Notes under the pieces: model-generated | What the model saw: the letters and a program-made list of their open reading frames with translations, nothing else | The model's database searches: none | What the model was told of the DNA's origin: nothing | Program-made: the position numbers and the translations under genes | DNA from: Acidimicrobiia bacterium | GTDB taxonomy: Bacteria; Actinomycetota; Acidimicrobiia; Acidimicrobiales; Aldehydirespiratoraceae | Assembly (NCBI GenBank): GCA_022828135.1 | Contig: JAJEJB010000014.1 | Location: 25,079-89,078 of the forward strand | DNA: 64,000 bases | Reading direction: 5' to 3' | Shown here: positions 52,144 through 64,000 of the stretch, piece by piece | How the letters are laid out: the number at the start of each line of letters is the position of its first letter | Numbering within the stretch: position 1 is the first letter of the stretch

Positions 52144-55100
52144 CAGGACCGGTCCATCCGGCGGCGCAGCCACGCGAGCACCAGCACGACGGGCGCGGCC
52201 GCACCGACCAGTTGACCGCCGTGGCGCCACCACGGTGCCGAGTAGGAGAGATGAACCTCCCCCGCCTCCGACGGCTGGTACGCCCTCGCCCACGACAGCG
52301 CCTCCCGCTTGGGCACGGGCTCGCCGTCCACGGTCAGTTCCCAGCCCGGCCGCGGGGTGTGGCTGATGAGGATCTCGGCGTTGTCGGGAATCCTCGCCGT
52401 CCAGGGAGGGCCGTCCCCGGAGAACATCGATGAGCCCGGGGCCAGCGGGCGGACCTCGAGGTCCGTGAAGTCCTCGATGCCCTCGTCGAATCCCGGCGGG
52501 TAGAGAGCCCGCATCGGCACCCACGCCGTGTTCACGAACATGTCGACCGCGCTGTTGGTGCCTTCCACCAACTCGAGATCCAGTTGATCGCGCATCGCGG
52601 CGATCAGGTCTGCGGGCACCGGCCGGGAGTCTTCCTCGGAGACGAACGGCGCAGGCGCAAGCCGGTGCAGCAGTACCACATAGCGCACGCCCAGGCCGGC
52701 CAGGAGGCGCCCGCCCCGCGCCGTGCGTCCCTGTTCGATCTCTTCGATCACCGTTGAGAAGAGATCGGCCCGACCCCGGTCAAGCGGGATGGCGCGATCG
52801 AGGAGCGTCACGGAATCGCCGACGGTGGCCGCCCAGGCCACGCCCGGAGCCAGGCTGTGCCCTTCGGTGGCCAGGAACTCGGGCGCGCCGATCCACAGCA
52901 CGCGGTAGGCGCCCTCCAGGACCGGGGGCTCGAAGCGCAAAGCCGAAGGGTGATCGCTGGCGACCAGGCGCCATCGCCCGTCCTCCAGCGAGCCGATGCT
53001 GCCCACCGCCAGCAGCAGCGACGCAGCCACCGTCACCGGTACGAGCGCCTGCCGCCAGCCGAAGTGGCTGAAACGCAGGTCGTGCTCGATGGACAGCACG
53101 GCCATGCCGCACAGTCCGGCTACCGCTACGGCGGCCGGGGCCAGCAGGAGATGCAGATCGGGAAGCCCGAACGGCAGCACTCCCCGCTGGGAAGCCAGCG
53201 CGACAGCCCAGGCGACCATGGCCACCATCCAGAAGCGCACAGACTGCTCCAGGCGCCACCCTCTGCCGAGCAGCAGCGGCACGGCCATCGGGAGCGCGAA
53301 CAACCAGACGATCCATCCGGGATCATTCGCCCCGACCGCGAAGCGCAGGATCTCGCCGAATGAGACCACGCCGGCAGACCCGTCGCGCCCGTCGGCCAAG
53401 AACCGCCAGTCCGGGCCTGACGCCAGCAGGTCCACCACGGTCGGGAAGGCCAGGAAGGCGGCCGCCGGCACGGCCAGCGCGGTGGCGGCCAGCAGGCGGG
53501 GAACACTTTCGGGTCGGCCCGCGAGAAGGCTGCCCGCCAACAGGCCGGCTGCCAGCAGCGCCACGAGTCCAGCGGCGGCCGGGACGATCAGCGCCGCGGC
53601 GCCTGCAGCCGCCCCCAGCGACACGTACACCGCGGCGTGGCTCCAGAATCCCTGTGGCCCCTCACGGAACGGCGCGGCTCGCGAGGCTCGCAGCAACTCC
53701 CGCAGCATCCATGGAGCGGCCGCGTAGCCGACGAGACCGGCCAATGACCCGCTCGCCACCGACGCCGGCGCGAGGGGAACCAGGAGGTAGGCGAACAGGG
53801 TGCTTGCCTGCGCGCGGCGGGAGCCGGTTGCGGACAGCAGGCGGTAGGACCCGACCAAGCCGACAACCATCAGTGCGATGACGGCCAGGGTGCGAACAAG
53901 GGCCATGCTGCCGAGGACCCAGCCCAGCACGCCGAGGTACACGAGGATCGGAAGGTTCGAGGACGGCGCACCGGCGTTGCGCTCGCTCCACCCTCCCCAC
54001 CACGACCTGAGCATGTCGGAGGCGTCTTCGGGGAACGCAGCGAAGTCGCCGACCGCGGGGACGCCTGAGGACAGGAGTCGGCGCGATCCGAATAGCACGA
54101 TTGCCAGGACCACGATCCACGCGATCCAGGCCACCCGGTTGGTGCCGGTGCGCAGTCCTCCGAAGACTCCTCTACCGGCGGCACTGAGAAGCCCGGACGA
54201 CTCCGCGCCGGATTGTCTCCTGAGGAAAGACAGGAGGCGGACGCTGCCGAAGTACTGGAGCGCGGTCACGTCGGCCTGGCGCACCCGGCGGACCAGGGTG
54301 TTGGCCTTGCGACGCTGCGACACTACGTCGAGCCGGGAGATGTTCCAGACCCAGGCCTTGATCACGTCTCGCACCCGGCCGAGCCGGGCGGTGACGGTGG
54401 CCAGCAGGATCTCGAAGACCGCCATGATCAGGGCAACCGGCAAGAGCACGGTGAGCGAGATGCGGCCGTGGTTGACCAGCATCGCCCGCAGCGCGTGGCG
54501 GGTCTCGGTGAGCCTCGAGTCGTCGACACCCGTACGGGACACGAGGTCTTCCCGGTGCCGGGCCACCGCGCCGCCGACGAACATCACCCGAGCCCCGGCC
54601 ATCTGGGCCCGCCAGCACAGATCTACGTCCTCTCCCCGGAAGGTCATGCCCCCGTCGAAGCCGCCCAGGCGCACGAACAACTCGCGGCGGATCAACAGCA
54701 CCGCGGAGGGAAGGGCGAACACGTCGCTCACACCGTCCAGCTGCTCCTGATCGAGCTCGTCCGCGCCGACCCGCTCCGCGGGCACACCGAAGCGATCGAC
54801 GTCGTAGCCGGCGTGCTGGATGATCTCGGGCCGGTCCCATTCGACGATCTTGGGACCGACGATCCCCGCGTTGCTCCTCAGCGCCTCGGCCACCAGCACC
54901 GAGACCGCGTCGGGCGCCAAGGCCACGTCGTCGTGGCACACCAGCAGGAAATCAGCCTCGATCCCTGCATCGAGCACGGCGTTGGCCGCTTGGGAGAAGC
55001 CGGTGGTCCCGGCGCCGTCGACGACGGCGGCATCCGGTAGGACCTCCGAGACCCGTGCGCCGATCCCCGAGGAGGCCGCGTCGACGACGACCGTGCCCAT

Positions 55101-55256
55101 GGCCGCGTAGTCCTGTAGAGACAACGATTCGAGCGTCTCGACGAACCAGTCGCCGGGCTCGTGGGCAACCACGACAGCCAGCACCGTCGGCTGCTGCGGG
55201 GCGATGCCGTTCGCGCCCACCGCGGGCGCCGCGCTGTCGACGGGAGATGCGATCAA
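52143..55256 (-). CDS. family 2 glycosyltransferase fused to a large polytopic membrane domain
   Basis: 1037 aa. N-terminal GT2 (LAVVVAHEP..., CHDDV, GEDVDLCWR), then more than 10 hydrophobic segments and a C-terminal soluble domain. TTG start uncertain. Confidence 0.8.
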   Translation of the reverse strand: MIASPVDSAAPAVGANGIAPQQPTVLAVVVAHEPGDWFVETLESLSLQDYAAMGTVVVDAASSGIGARVSEVLPDAAVVDGAGTTGFSQAANAVLDAGIEADFLLVCHDDVALAPDAVSVLVAEALRSNAGIVGPKIVEWDRPEIIQHAGYDVDRFGVPAERVGADELDQEQLDGVSDVFALPSAVLLIRRELFVRLGGFDGGMTFRGEDVDLCWRAQMAGARVMFVGGAVARHREDLVSRTGVDDSRLTETRHALRAMLVNHGRISLTVLLPVALIMAVFEILLATVTARLGRVRDVIKAWVWNISRLDVVSQRRKANTLVRRVRQADVTALQYFGSVRLLSFLRRQSGAESSGLLSAAGRGVFGGLRTGTNRVAWIAWIVVLAIVLFGSRRLLSSGVPAVGDFAAFPEDASDMLRSWWGGWSERNAGAPSSNLPILVYLGVLGWVLGSMALVRTLAVIALMVVGLVGSYRLLSATGSRRAQASTLFAYLLVPLAPASVASGSLAGLVGYAAAPWMLRELLRASRAAPFREGPQGFWSHAAVYVSLGAAAGAAALIVPAAAGLVALLAAGLLAGSLLAGRPESVPRLLAATALAVPAAAFLAFPTVVDLLASGPDWRFLADGRDGSAGVVSFGEILRFAVGANDPGWIVWLFALPMAVPLLLGRGWRLEQSVRFWMVAMVAWAVALASQRGVLPFGLPDLHLLLAPAAVAVAGLCGMAVLSIEHDLRFSHFGWRQALVPVTVAASLLLAVGSIGSLEDGRWRLVASDHPSALRFEPPVLEGAYRVLWIGAPEFLATEGHSLAPGVAWAATVGDSVTLLDRAIPLDRGRADLFSTVIEEIEQGRTARGGRLLAGLGVRYVVLLHRLAPAPFVSEEDSRPVPADLIAAMRDQLDLELVEGTNSAVDMFVNTAWVPMRALYPPGFDEGIEDFTDLEVRPLAPGSSMFSGDGPPWTARIPDNAEILISHTPRPGWELTVDGEPVPKREALSWARAYQPSEAGEVHLSYSAPWWRHGGQLVGAAAPVVLVLAWLRRRMDRS

Positions 55257-55307
55257 CCGAGGCTAACGGCCGCCCCTTCTAGGGGGTGCCACCCTCGGCG
55301 TTCACCG

Positions 55308-55976
55308 TCACGAGCGGGGTGACCCCCAGGTTTCCAGCAACTCGGCTGATGTCACAACCGTGGCAACCATCGCCAGGCTGTGCTCGATCACGGCCTCCTC
55401 GTATTCCGCGGGGACACCGGCCACGGCGTCGCGTACCAGCACAACCTGATAGCCGAGGTCGACAGCGCTGAGGCACAAGCCCATGATCCCCACGTTCACC
55501 GACACGCCGGTGGCCACCACGGTGGTCACGCCCAGGTTGCGCAGGATCTGATCGAGGGAGGTGGCCGTGAAGGGCGTCAGGCCGTGCCCGCGCGCCGCGA
55601 TCAGGTCCCGGCGGTCATCTCCGAGCTCGGGCACGAGTCGCGCCCCGTCGCTTCCGGCGAGGGTCGGAACGATCCCCTGCTCCCGGCGCAGCTTGTCGGC
55701 CAGCCCCAGGATCCGGCAGTTGACCGAGGTGCCCGCCCCGTCCTCACGGGTGTGTACGACGCAGTGGACGACCCGCGCCCCCACACCCCGGGCCGCCTCG
55801 CAAACCGCAGCCGCGGCGCGCACCGTCCCGGCGGCCGACACCCGCTCGACGAGAGCCCTCATCATGGCGTCCGGACCCACTACGCCCCTCTGCAGCTCCA
55901 TGGTCAGCACCGCCGTCGAGGCCGGATCGACCAGCGCCGCCAGCCCCTCCAGCTCCCGCCCGGATGCCGTCGTCAT
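55308..55976 (-). CDS. isochorismatase-family cysteine hydrolase
   Basis: 222 aa. VVATGVSVNVGIMGLCLSAVDLGYQVVLVRDA is typical of the isochorismatase fold. Confidence 0.78.
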   Translation of the reverse strand: MTTASGRELEGLAALVDPASTAVLTMELQRGVVGPDAMMRALVERVSAAGTVRAAAAVCEAARGVGARVVHCVVHTREDGAGTSVNCRILGLADKLRREQGIVPTLAGSDGARLVPELGDDRRDLIAARGHGLTPFTATSLDQILRNLGVTTVVATGVSVNVGIMGLCLSAVDLGYQVVLVRDAVAGVPAEYEEAVIEHSLAMVATVVTSAELLETWGSPRS

Positions 55977-56045
55977 GCGATCAAGTGTGGCACGCCTCTA
56001 GTGTGCGCGGTGATGCGATGTGAAGGCAACGACCGGTAGGCGCCG

Positions 56046-58933
<2,888 letters not shown>

Positions 58934-58937
<4 letters not shown>

Positions 58938-59638
58938 GCCTGGAGATCCTCCCCGTCGTGGGCATCGGCGAGGTGCGCCCCGGCGACGACCTGGCCGCGC
59001 TCATTGTCGCTGCGGCCGGGCCTGACATCCTGCGCGACCGTGACTGCGTGGTGGTCACCCAGAAGGTGGTGTCCAAGGCCGAGGGTCGGCTCGCAGCCGT
59101 CGATCCCGCCGATCCGCTCAGCCACAAGCCGCTGGTGGAGGCGGAGTCGGTGCGGGTGCTGCGCCGCCGGGGTGACCTCGTGATCTCGGAGACCGCTCAG
59201 GGCTTCGTGTGCGCCAACGCCGGGGTCGATCTCAGCAACGTCGAAGAGGGGTATGCGGCCCTGCTGCCGGTCGACTCCGACCGCTCGGCTCGGCGCATCC
59301 GCGACCGCATCCGGGCCCTCGCCGGCGTCGATGTGGCGGTGGTGATCTCCGACACCTTCGGCCGGCCGTGGCGCCGGGGCGTGACCGACACCGCCATCGG
59401 CTGCGCGGGCATCGCCGCGGTGGTGGACCTGCGGGGCAGCACCGACGCGCTGGGCCGCGAGCTCAAGGTGACGGAGGTGGCCGTGGTCGACGAGATCGCG
59501 TCCGCCGCCGACCTGGTCATGGGCAAGGCCAAGGGCGTGCCCGTGGCAGTGGTACGCGGCCTGGAGGAGTCCTGGTTCCGCTCCGGCTCAGTGGTCGAAG
59601 AGATAGTCCGCCCCCCCGCCGACGACCTCTTCCGCTAG
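58934..59638 (+). CDS. cofE: coenzyme F420-0:L-glutamate ligase CofE (single-domain)
   Basis: 234 aa. VVTQKVVSKAEGR, ANAGVD and ISDTFGRPWR motifs. No C-terminal nitroreductase-like domain. Confidence 0.88.
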
Positions 59639-59799
59639 GCCGTCCTGTCAACCCTGTTCCGCCAGGGCCGTGCGCCCCGGGACAATCCGACCGAGTGGTG
59701 GCGGTGGTCTTGACACCTAAGTCCCAGGACCGGCACGGAGGATCATCGAACCTGAGCCGGCAACTGCTCCGCCGCGGACACAATGGGCAGGTCGGGCGC

Positions 59800-61146
59800 T
59801 TAGACCGTGACGAGTTCGAGAAGCTGGGGCTGACCGGGCGGGTCGGGAGTGTCGGGGGTGGCGAGGGCGTCGAGTGTGGTGGGTTTGCCTGAGCGGACGA
59901 AGCCCGGCCGTTCGGGGGTGCCGGCTGTCCCGGCCCCGAACCCCCGCGGGGTATCGGGGGCGTGGGCGGGCCCGTAGGTTGCCGCATCGGGCGGGTGCAG
60001 GGTGCGCCTGCCCGGCGGGCCGTGGATCTGCCAGCCGAAGTGGTGGATCTTGTTATGGCAACTCCAGCAGGCCAGCACCATGTTGTCGATGCTGGTGGCC
60101 CCGCCCTGAGACACCGGCCTCACGTGATGGGCGTCGCAGATGTCGGGATGGGCGCCGCAGGCGAAGCAGCCGCCGTCGCGGGCGATCAGCAGCTGGCGCT
60201 GGGCCTTGGTGGCGCGGCGCACAGACTGGGCCCGCCATATCGGTCTGCCCCTGCGGTCATAGATGACGCCGGTGAACTTGGCGTTGCAGGCCAGCTCCTC
60301 CAGCACCGACTGGGGTAGCCGCACACCGTCGGGAAGCTCCGCGACGAGCTTGCCGGTGCCTTCACCGACATGGGCGACCACGCAGATGTCGGCGTAGGGC
60401 TCAGTTCCCTTGCCGTCCGTGCCACTAGAGGTGAATAGCTCAAGGGCGTCGGCCATGCACTGGTCGAAGCTGCGGCGCTGGTGCCCGCTGCCGTTCGCGG
60501 AGGCCTGCTTCTTGTCGGTGTCATGCATGCGGCCGGCCTCGGCCCGCAGCCGGTTGCGGATGCGGTTCCCGGTCACCACGTCGAACTCTCCGCGAAGGTG
60601 CACCATCCCGTCGTCACCGTCGTACATACGTACACAGCGCCGGGCCCGCTGGCGGGCATGCTCGCTCTCGCCGCCGTCGCCCTCGCGATCCACAGCCCAG
60701 CGGCGGGCCTCCTTCGTGAACTGCTCGGGCCGCATCGACTCAGCCTTGGCCAACAGGTCCCCGTCGGCCTCAACATCTGCTGTGTTGGTCCTATCGACCG
60801 CCTCGGCCAGCCGCTTGGCGTTGGCCTGCGACACCCGCCCCTCAGCCACCGCGTCGCGCAGCCTCGGCATGTCCTGGATCGCCCGGGCGGTCTTGACCTG
60901 GCTGCGCGCCTCCTGCCGCGACAGTCCCGCAGCCGCGGCCAGAACCTCCGCTCCGCCGTCGCCGTGGCGCTCCCGGCCCGCCACCGTGGCGGCAGCCGAG
61001 GCCTGGAACGCCGCCGCGACCCCCACAATCGACTTGGAGATTGCCAGCGCCTCACGCAATTCGTCCGTGGTCGCCGACCCGTCGTCGGCGGTGACCAGCA
61101 TCTCCTTCATAGCGGCCTCGGCCCGTCGAGCAGAGTCGATCAACAT
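59800..61146 (-). CDS. DUF222-type HNH endonuclease (REP13E12-like mobile gene family)
   Basis: HNH core CFACGAHPDICDAHHV...NMVLACWSCHNKIHH. Start proposed at ATG 61146, next to an AT-rich patch. Track ORF extends to 61569. Confidence 0.8.
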   Translation of the reverse strand: MLIDSARRAEAAMKEMLVTADDGSATTDELREALAISKSIVGVAAAFQASAAATVAGRERHGDGGAEVLAAAAGLSRQEARSQVKTARAIQDMPRLRDAVAEGRVSQANAKRLAEAVDRTNTADVEADGDLLAKAESMRPEQFTKEARRWAVDREGDGGESEHARQRARRCVRMYDGDDGMVHLRGEFDVVTGNRIRNRLRAEAGRMHDTDKKQASANGSGHQRRSFDQCMADALELFTSSGTDGKGTEPYADICVVAHVGEGTGKLVAELPDGVRLPQSVLEELACNAKFTGVIYDRRGRPIWRAQSVRRATKAQRQLLIARDGGCFACGAHPDICDAHHVRPVSQGGATSIDNMVLACWSCHNKIHHFGWQIHGPPGRRTLHPPDAATYGPAHAPDTPRGFGAGTAGTPERPGFVRSGKPTTLDALATPDTPDPPGQPQLLELVTV

Positions 61147-61547
61147 GCAGACAGTATCCCATAGGGATATGACATCTGTCAAGTATTTATATGATTTTTC
61201 ATCATTCCACATCTGCAACAGCGGCGGCACAACTCCTTCCCGGCCCAGCACCCAGGCGATCCAGGCTGGGTACGGGACTGGCGCATCCTGTTCGGTGGCG
61301 TCTACGGTGCGGGTCGCCAACAGACATCGGAGGCCCATAGCCAGCCTCCCTTGAGTGACCGGAACACCCGCGGGCGGGTCTGCCCATGGCTCCCTTCGGC
61401 CGGTCACAGGTGTCTGTTGGCAGCAACACCCAACCCGCACCGGAGGGAGCCACCCATGCCGGAAACGGCCGCACGCCATGACTGCGGCACCGCGTTGCAC
61501 TGCGCGGACCGGCGCTTCTCGCGATGTCGGGCTGGCCGGGTTGCCCG

Positions 61548-64000
61548 ATGACCTCGGAGACGACCACACGCGAGTCAGCTGGCGACCTCACGCTGGTCAC
61601 CAAGAGCAAGAGCCTGGCGCTGCCAGGGCGTCCTCTGGACCACATCAGCCAACCGGTATTGAACCGGCCCCATGAGGAGCCTTCACGCCACTGGCAGCTC
61701 GCAGAGAACAACACCTCTACCGGCGAGATCATTGAGGGGAGGCGGCTCAGCCAGGCACTGGTCATCGTTCCGAAGGAGCGGGGCGCGCAGTTGCGGATGC
61801 AGGTGACCGCCGCGGAACAGAACGAACTGGTGAACCGCATCCGCGACGCGGTGGCGGGGTGGAGAAGCGCCAACTACCCCGGAGCAACCGCAGCGACACG
61901 ACAGCTGTTGCAGCATTGGCGCAGCGAGGCGAACGACCCTCGGCTCTTCTTCGCCCAGGTGGAGGCAGCCGAGACGCTCATCTGGCTGACGGAGGCCAAC
62001 GCCAGCCGGTATCCGGTGCTCGCCGAAGTTCGTCGGGAATTGGCGGAAGCCAACCGCGACTACAACAGCGACATCAGCCGTCTAGCCGTGAGGATGGCCA
62101 CGGGGTCGGGCAAGACGGCAGTGATGGGCATGGTCATCGCGTGGCACGCCGTCAACGCGGCCGGGTCGCAGCGCCGCGACGGGCGCTACGCGACCTGCTT
62201 CTTGGCGATCACGCCGGGCCATACGGTGCGTGAGCGCCTAGCGGTGCTGCATCCGGCGCATCCGAGAAACGTCTATAGCGAGATGCGCCTGCTGCCAGAG
62301 AGCAAGCGCAGCGCTCTGGGCGCGGTGAAGGTGCAGGTGCTGAACTTCCAGGCGTTCCAGCGGCGGGACCGGCTGTCGGCGGCATCGAGCGACGCCAAGA
62401 AGCTGCTGCGAGCCGGGCGCAAGACCCAGGAGCTCGAGTCAATCTCGGCGGTGCTCGACCGGGCGCTGAGAGGCTTCCCCATGGGCAAGGGCGCGCCCAA
62501 GGTGTGCGTACTGAACGACGAGGCCCACCACTGCTACCTGCCCGAGGCCGGCCGGCGCACTTCCGAGGACGATGACACCAAAGCCGCCACCATCTGGTTT
62601 GGGGCGCTGGAGGGACTGCGCTACACGGGACGACTCGGACCGGTCTACGACTTCTCAGCCACGCCGATCTTCATAGAGGGCACCGACCGCCGAGAGCGCA
62701 TGTTCCCGTGGGTGGTGTCGGACTTCCCGCTGATGGACAGCATCGAGTCCGGGCTGGTCAAGATCCCGCAGGTGCCGGTGGAAGACGACTCCGTTGGCGA
62801 GCGGGTCCAGTGGCGCAACTTGTACGCCAACACCACCCCCAAGAAGGTCAAACGCGGCGCGGTGCCCACCGAGCTGAACCAGGCGCTGGCCGCGCTGTAC
62901 CGCAGCTACGAGCAGAAGTTCAACCAGTGGATGCACCCCGACGACCCGGCCAAGACCATGCCGACGCCTCCGGTGTTCATCGTGGTCGCCAACAACATCG
63001 CCAACGCGACCGCCATCGCCGACCACATCGCAGGATGGGCAGAGAAACGCTCCGACGGCTCCGCCGTTCACCACGAGGGATCCTGCCCGCTGTTCGCCAA
63101 CTACCGCTCTGACGGCCCGACCGAGCGCGTTCACACGCTGCTTGTGCATTCCCAGCTGGAGGGCGACGCCAACCTCAGCGCGCCGGTCAGGGCCCAGGCC
63201 GACCGCCTGAGGCTCCCCGGCGACGACGGAGACGCCCGCGACATAGTGCGCAGCGCGCTGAACTCCGTCGGCAGGCCCGGGGGTCTCGGCGAGCACATCC
63301 GCTGCGTGGTGTCGGTGCAGATGCTCACCGAGGGATGGGACACCCGCACCGTCACGCACATTCTCGGCTACCGGGCGTTCTCCACGCAGCTCCTGTGCGA
63401 GCAGGTCACCGGACGGGCCTTGCGGCGCTCCAACTACGACAACTACGACGACGAGGGCCGGCTCGTCGCCGAGTACGCCGAGGTCATAGGCGTGCCGTTC
63501 GAGTTCATGCCGGTCAAGCGCCCCGAGGACGACCCGGCACCCCCGAAGCCCCGCTACGAGGTTCACAGCATCCCCGGACGGCGCGACCATCGCATCGAGT
63601 TCCCGAATGTGGAGCACTACCTGACCGAGCCCGGAGCAGACGGGTTCCGGCTGAACCCCAAGCGGGTCATCAAGTGGAAGCCGAAGGGGGTCAAGGAGAC
63701 GGTGCTGGAGGGGTCGGTTGGAGGCACCAAGACCATCAGCGCCGAAGCGAGCGTGCGCCGGCAGCAGGCCCTCACCCGTCTGGCTGCCGGGCTTGTGCAG
63801 CGCTGGTGCCGGCGCATGGACGACAGCGGCGAGGGTTGGCGCGCCCGGCGGCGGCTGCTGTTCCACGATGCCATCAGGATCGTCAAGGCCTGGACGGACC
63901 TGGCCAAGGTCACCGAGGACCACTACGACGGACTCGGGTCAAGCAGCCAGGACCAAGCCGTCAAGGAGATAGACGACGCGTGCGAGACCACCGGCGGAGC
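61548..64000 (+). CDS. type III restriction Res-subunit-like SF2 helicase (3-prime end outside window)
   Basis: Absent from the ORF track because it lacks a stop. Frame is open from 61482 to 64000, with ATG candidates at 61524 and 61548. Motifs are MATGSGKT (62094), NDEAHH (about 62514), FSATP and QMLTEGWDTRTVTHILG...GRALRR. Confidence 0.8.
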   Translation, partial: MTSETTTRESAGDLTLVTKSKSLALPGRPLDHISQPVLNRPHEEPSRHWQLAENNTSTGEIIEGRRLSQALVIVPKERGAQLRMQVTAAEQNELVNRIRDAVAGWRSANYPGATAATRQLLQHWRSEANDPRLFFAQVEAAETLIWLTEANASRYPVLAEVRRELAEANRDYNSDISRLAVRMATGSGKTAVMGMVIAWHAVNAAGSQRRDGRYATCFLAITPGHTVRERLAVLHPAHPRNVYSEMRLLPESKRSALGAVKVQVLNFQAFQRRDRLSAASSDAKKLLRAGRKTQELESISAVLDRALRGFPMGKGAPKVCVLNDEAHHCYLPEAGRRTSEDDDTKAATIWFGALEGLRYTGRLGPVYDFSATPIFIEGTDRRERMFPWVVSDFPLMDSIESGLVKIPQVPVEDDSVGERVQWRNLYANTTPKKVKRGAVPTELNQALAALYRSYEQKFNQWMHPDDPAKTMPTPPVFIVVANNIANATAIADHIAGWAEKRSDGSAVHHEGSCPLFANYRSDGPTERVHTLLVHSQLEGDANLSAPVRAQADRLRLPGDDGDARDIVRSALNSVGRPGGLGEHIRCVVSVQMLTEGWDTRTVTHILGYRAFSTQLLCEQVTGRALRRSNYDNYDDEGRLVAEYAEVIGVPFEFMPVKRPEDDPAPPKPRYEVHSIPGRRDHRIEFPNVEHYLTEPGADGFRLNPKRVIKWKPKGVKETVLEGSVGGTKTISAEASVRRQQALTRLAAGLVQRWCRRMDDSGEGWRARRRLLFHDAIRIVKAWTDLAKVTEDHYDGLGSSSQDQAVKEIDDACETTGG

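Noticed and set aside
59737-59760. tRNA T-arm-like string (minus-strand GGTTCGATGATCC) that could be a tRNA-derived att site next to the HNH/Res island
   Set aside because: The loop is 2 nt too long. No complementary T-stem, acceptor stem or anticodon arm can be built, and there is no matching repeat elsewhere in the window.
61147-61569. N-terminal extension of the HNH ORF (track 59800..61569)
   Set aside because: The extension passes through an AT-rich, promoter-like patch and has no DUF222-like sequence. An internal ATG at 61146 gives a typical DUF222-HNH protein. The extension is not fully excluded.
62655-63923. 422-aa minus-strand ORF
   Set aside because: It lies antisense to the Res-like helicase frame, which carries ordered SF2 motifs. 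The minus-strand product is Gly/Arg/Val-rich with no motifs.

Overview
High-GC (roughly 70%) actinobacterial-type chromosomal segment, densely coding, with many 4-nt start/stop overlaps (GTGA/ATGA). I could support about 55 protein genes and found no rRNA, tRNA or CRISPR. In order:
(1) A catabolic block: amidase fragment, crotonase, MaoC dehydratase, a three-subunit xanthine-dehydrogenase-family molybdoenzyme, a kinase-like phosphotransferase, an LLM/F420-type oxidoreductase, TetR, a PrmA-like methyltransferase, an alcohol dehydrogenase, an acyl-CoA dehydrogenase and Lrp-ald.
(2) A housekeeping block on the minus strand: ftsX-ftsE-prfB-secA-hpf-comF.
(3) Two tandem SDR epimerase paralogs, another SDR and an LLM oxidoreductase.
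(4) A GMC flavoprotein, small-subunit and 7Fe-ferredoxin operon, divergent from an XRE-cupin regulator. It is followed by FAD-oxidoreductase, CoA-transferase and crotonase genes and a BMP-family ABC transporter.
(5) A long minus-strand envelope/GDP-mannose operon: membrane protein, CPBP protease, about 960-aa membrane protein, Alg5-like GT2, manB, trm112, SIS isomerase and ahcY. A divergent, frameshifted paralog of the first membrane protein sits next to it.
(6) ftsH, a DUF5719-like protein, a GT2-membrane fusion, an isochorismatase-like hydrolase, rmd-gmd and cofD-cofE.
(7) An accessory tail: a DUF222/HNH endonuclease, then a large Res-like SF2 helicase ORF that runs off the window and is missing from the supplied ORF track.
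Most interesting observations: a 24-nt AT-rich element shared by two promoters that bracket the catabolic block; the ferredoxin-coupled, apparently cytoplasmic GMC dehydrogenase trio; the uncharacterised paralogous polytopic membrane proteins in the glycosylation operon; a stand-alone CofE abutting the HNH/Res island; and the orphan Res-like gene. All product calls come from motif or family recognition by eye, not database searches. Many long track ORFs are antisense or out-of-frame GC-shadow ORFs and were rejected.
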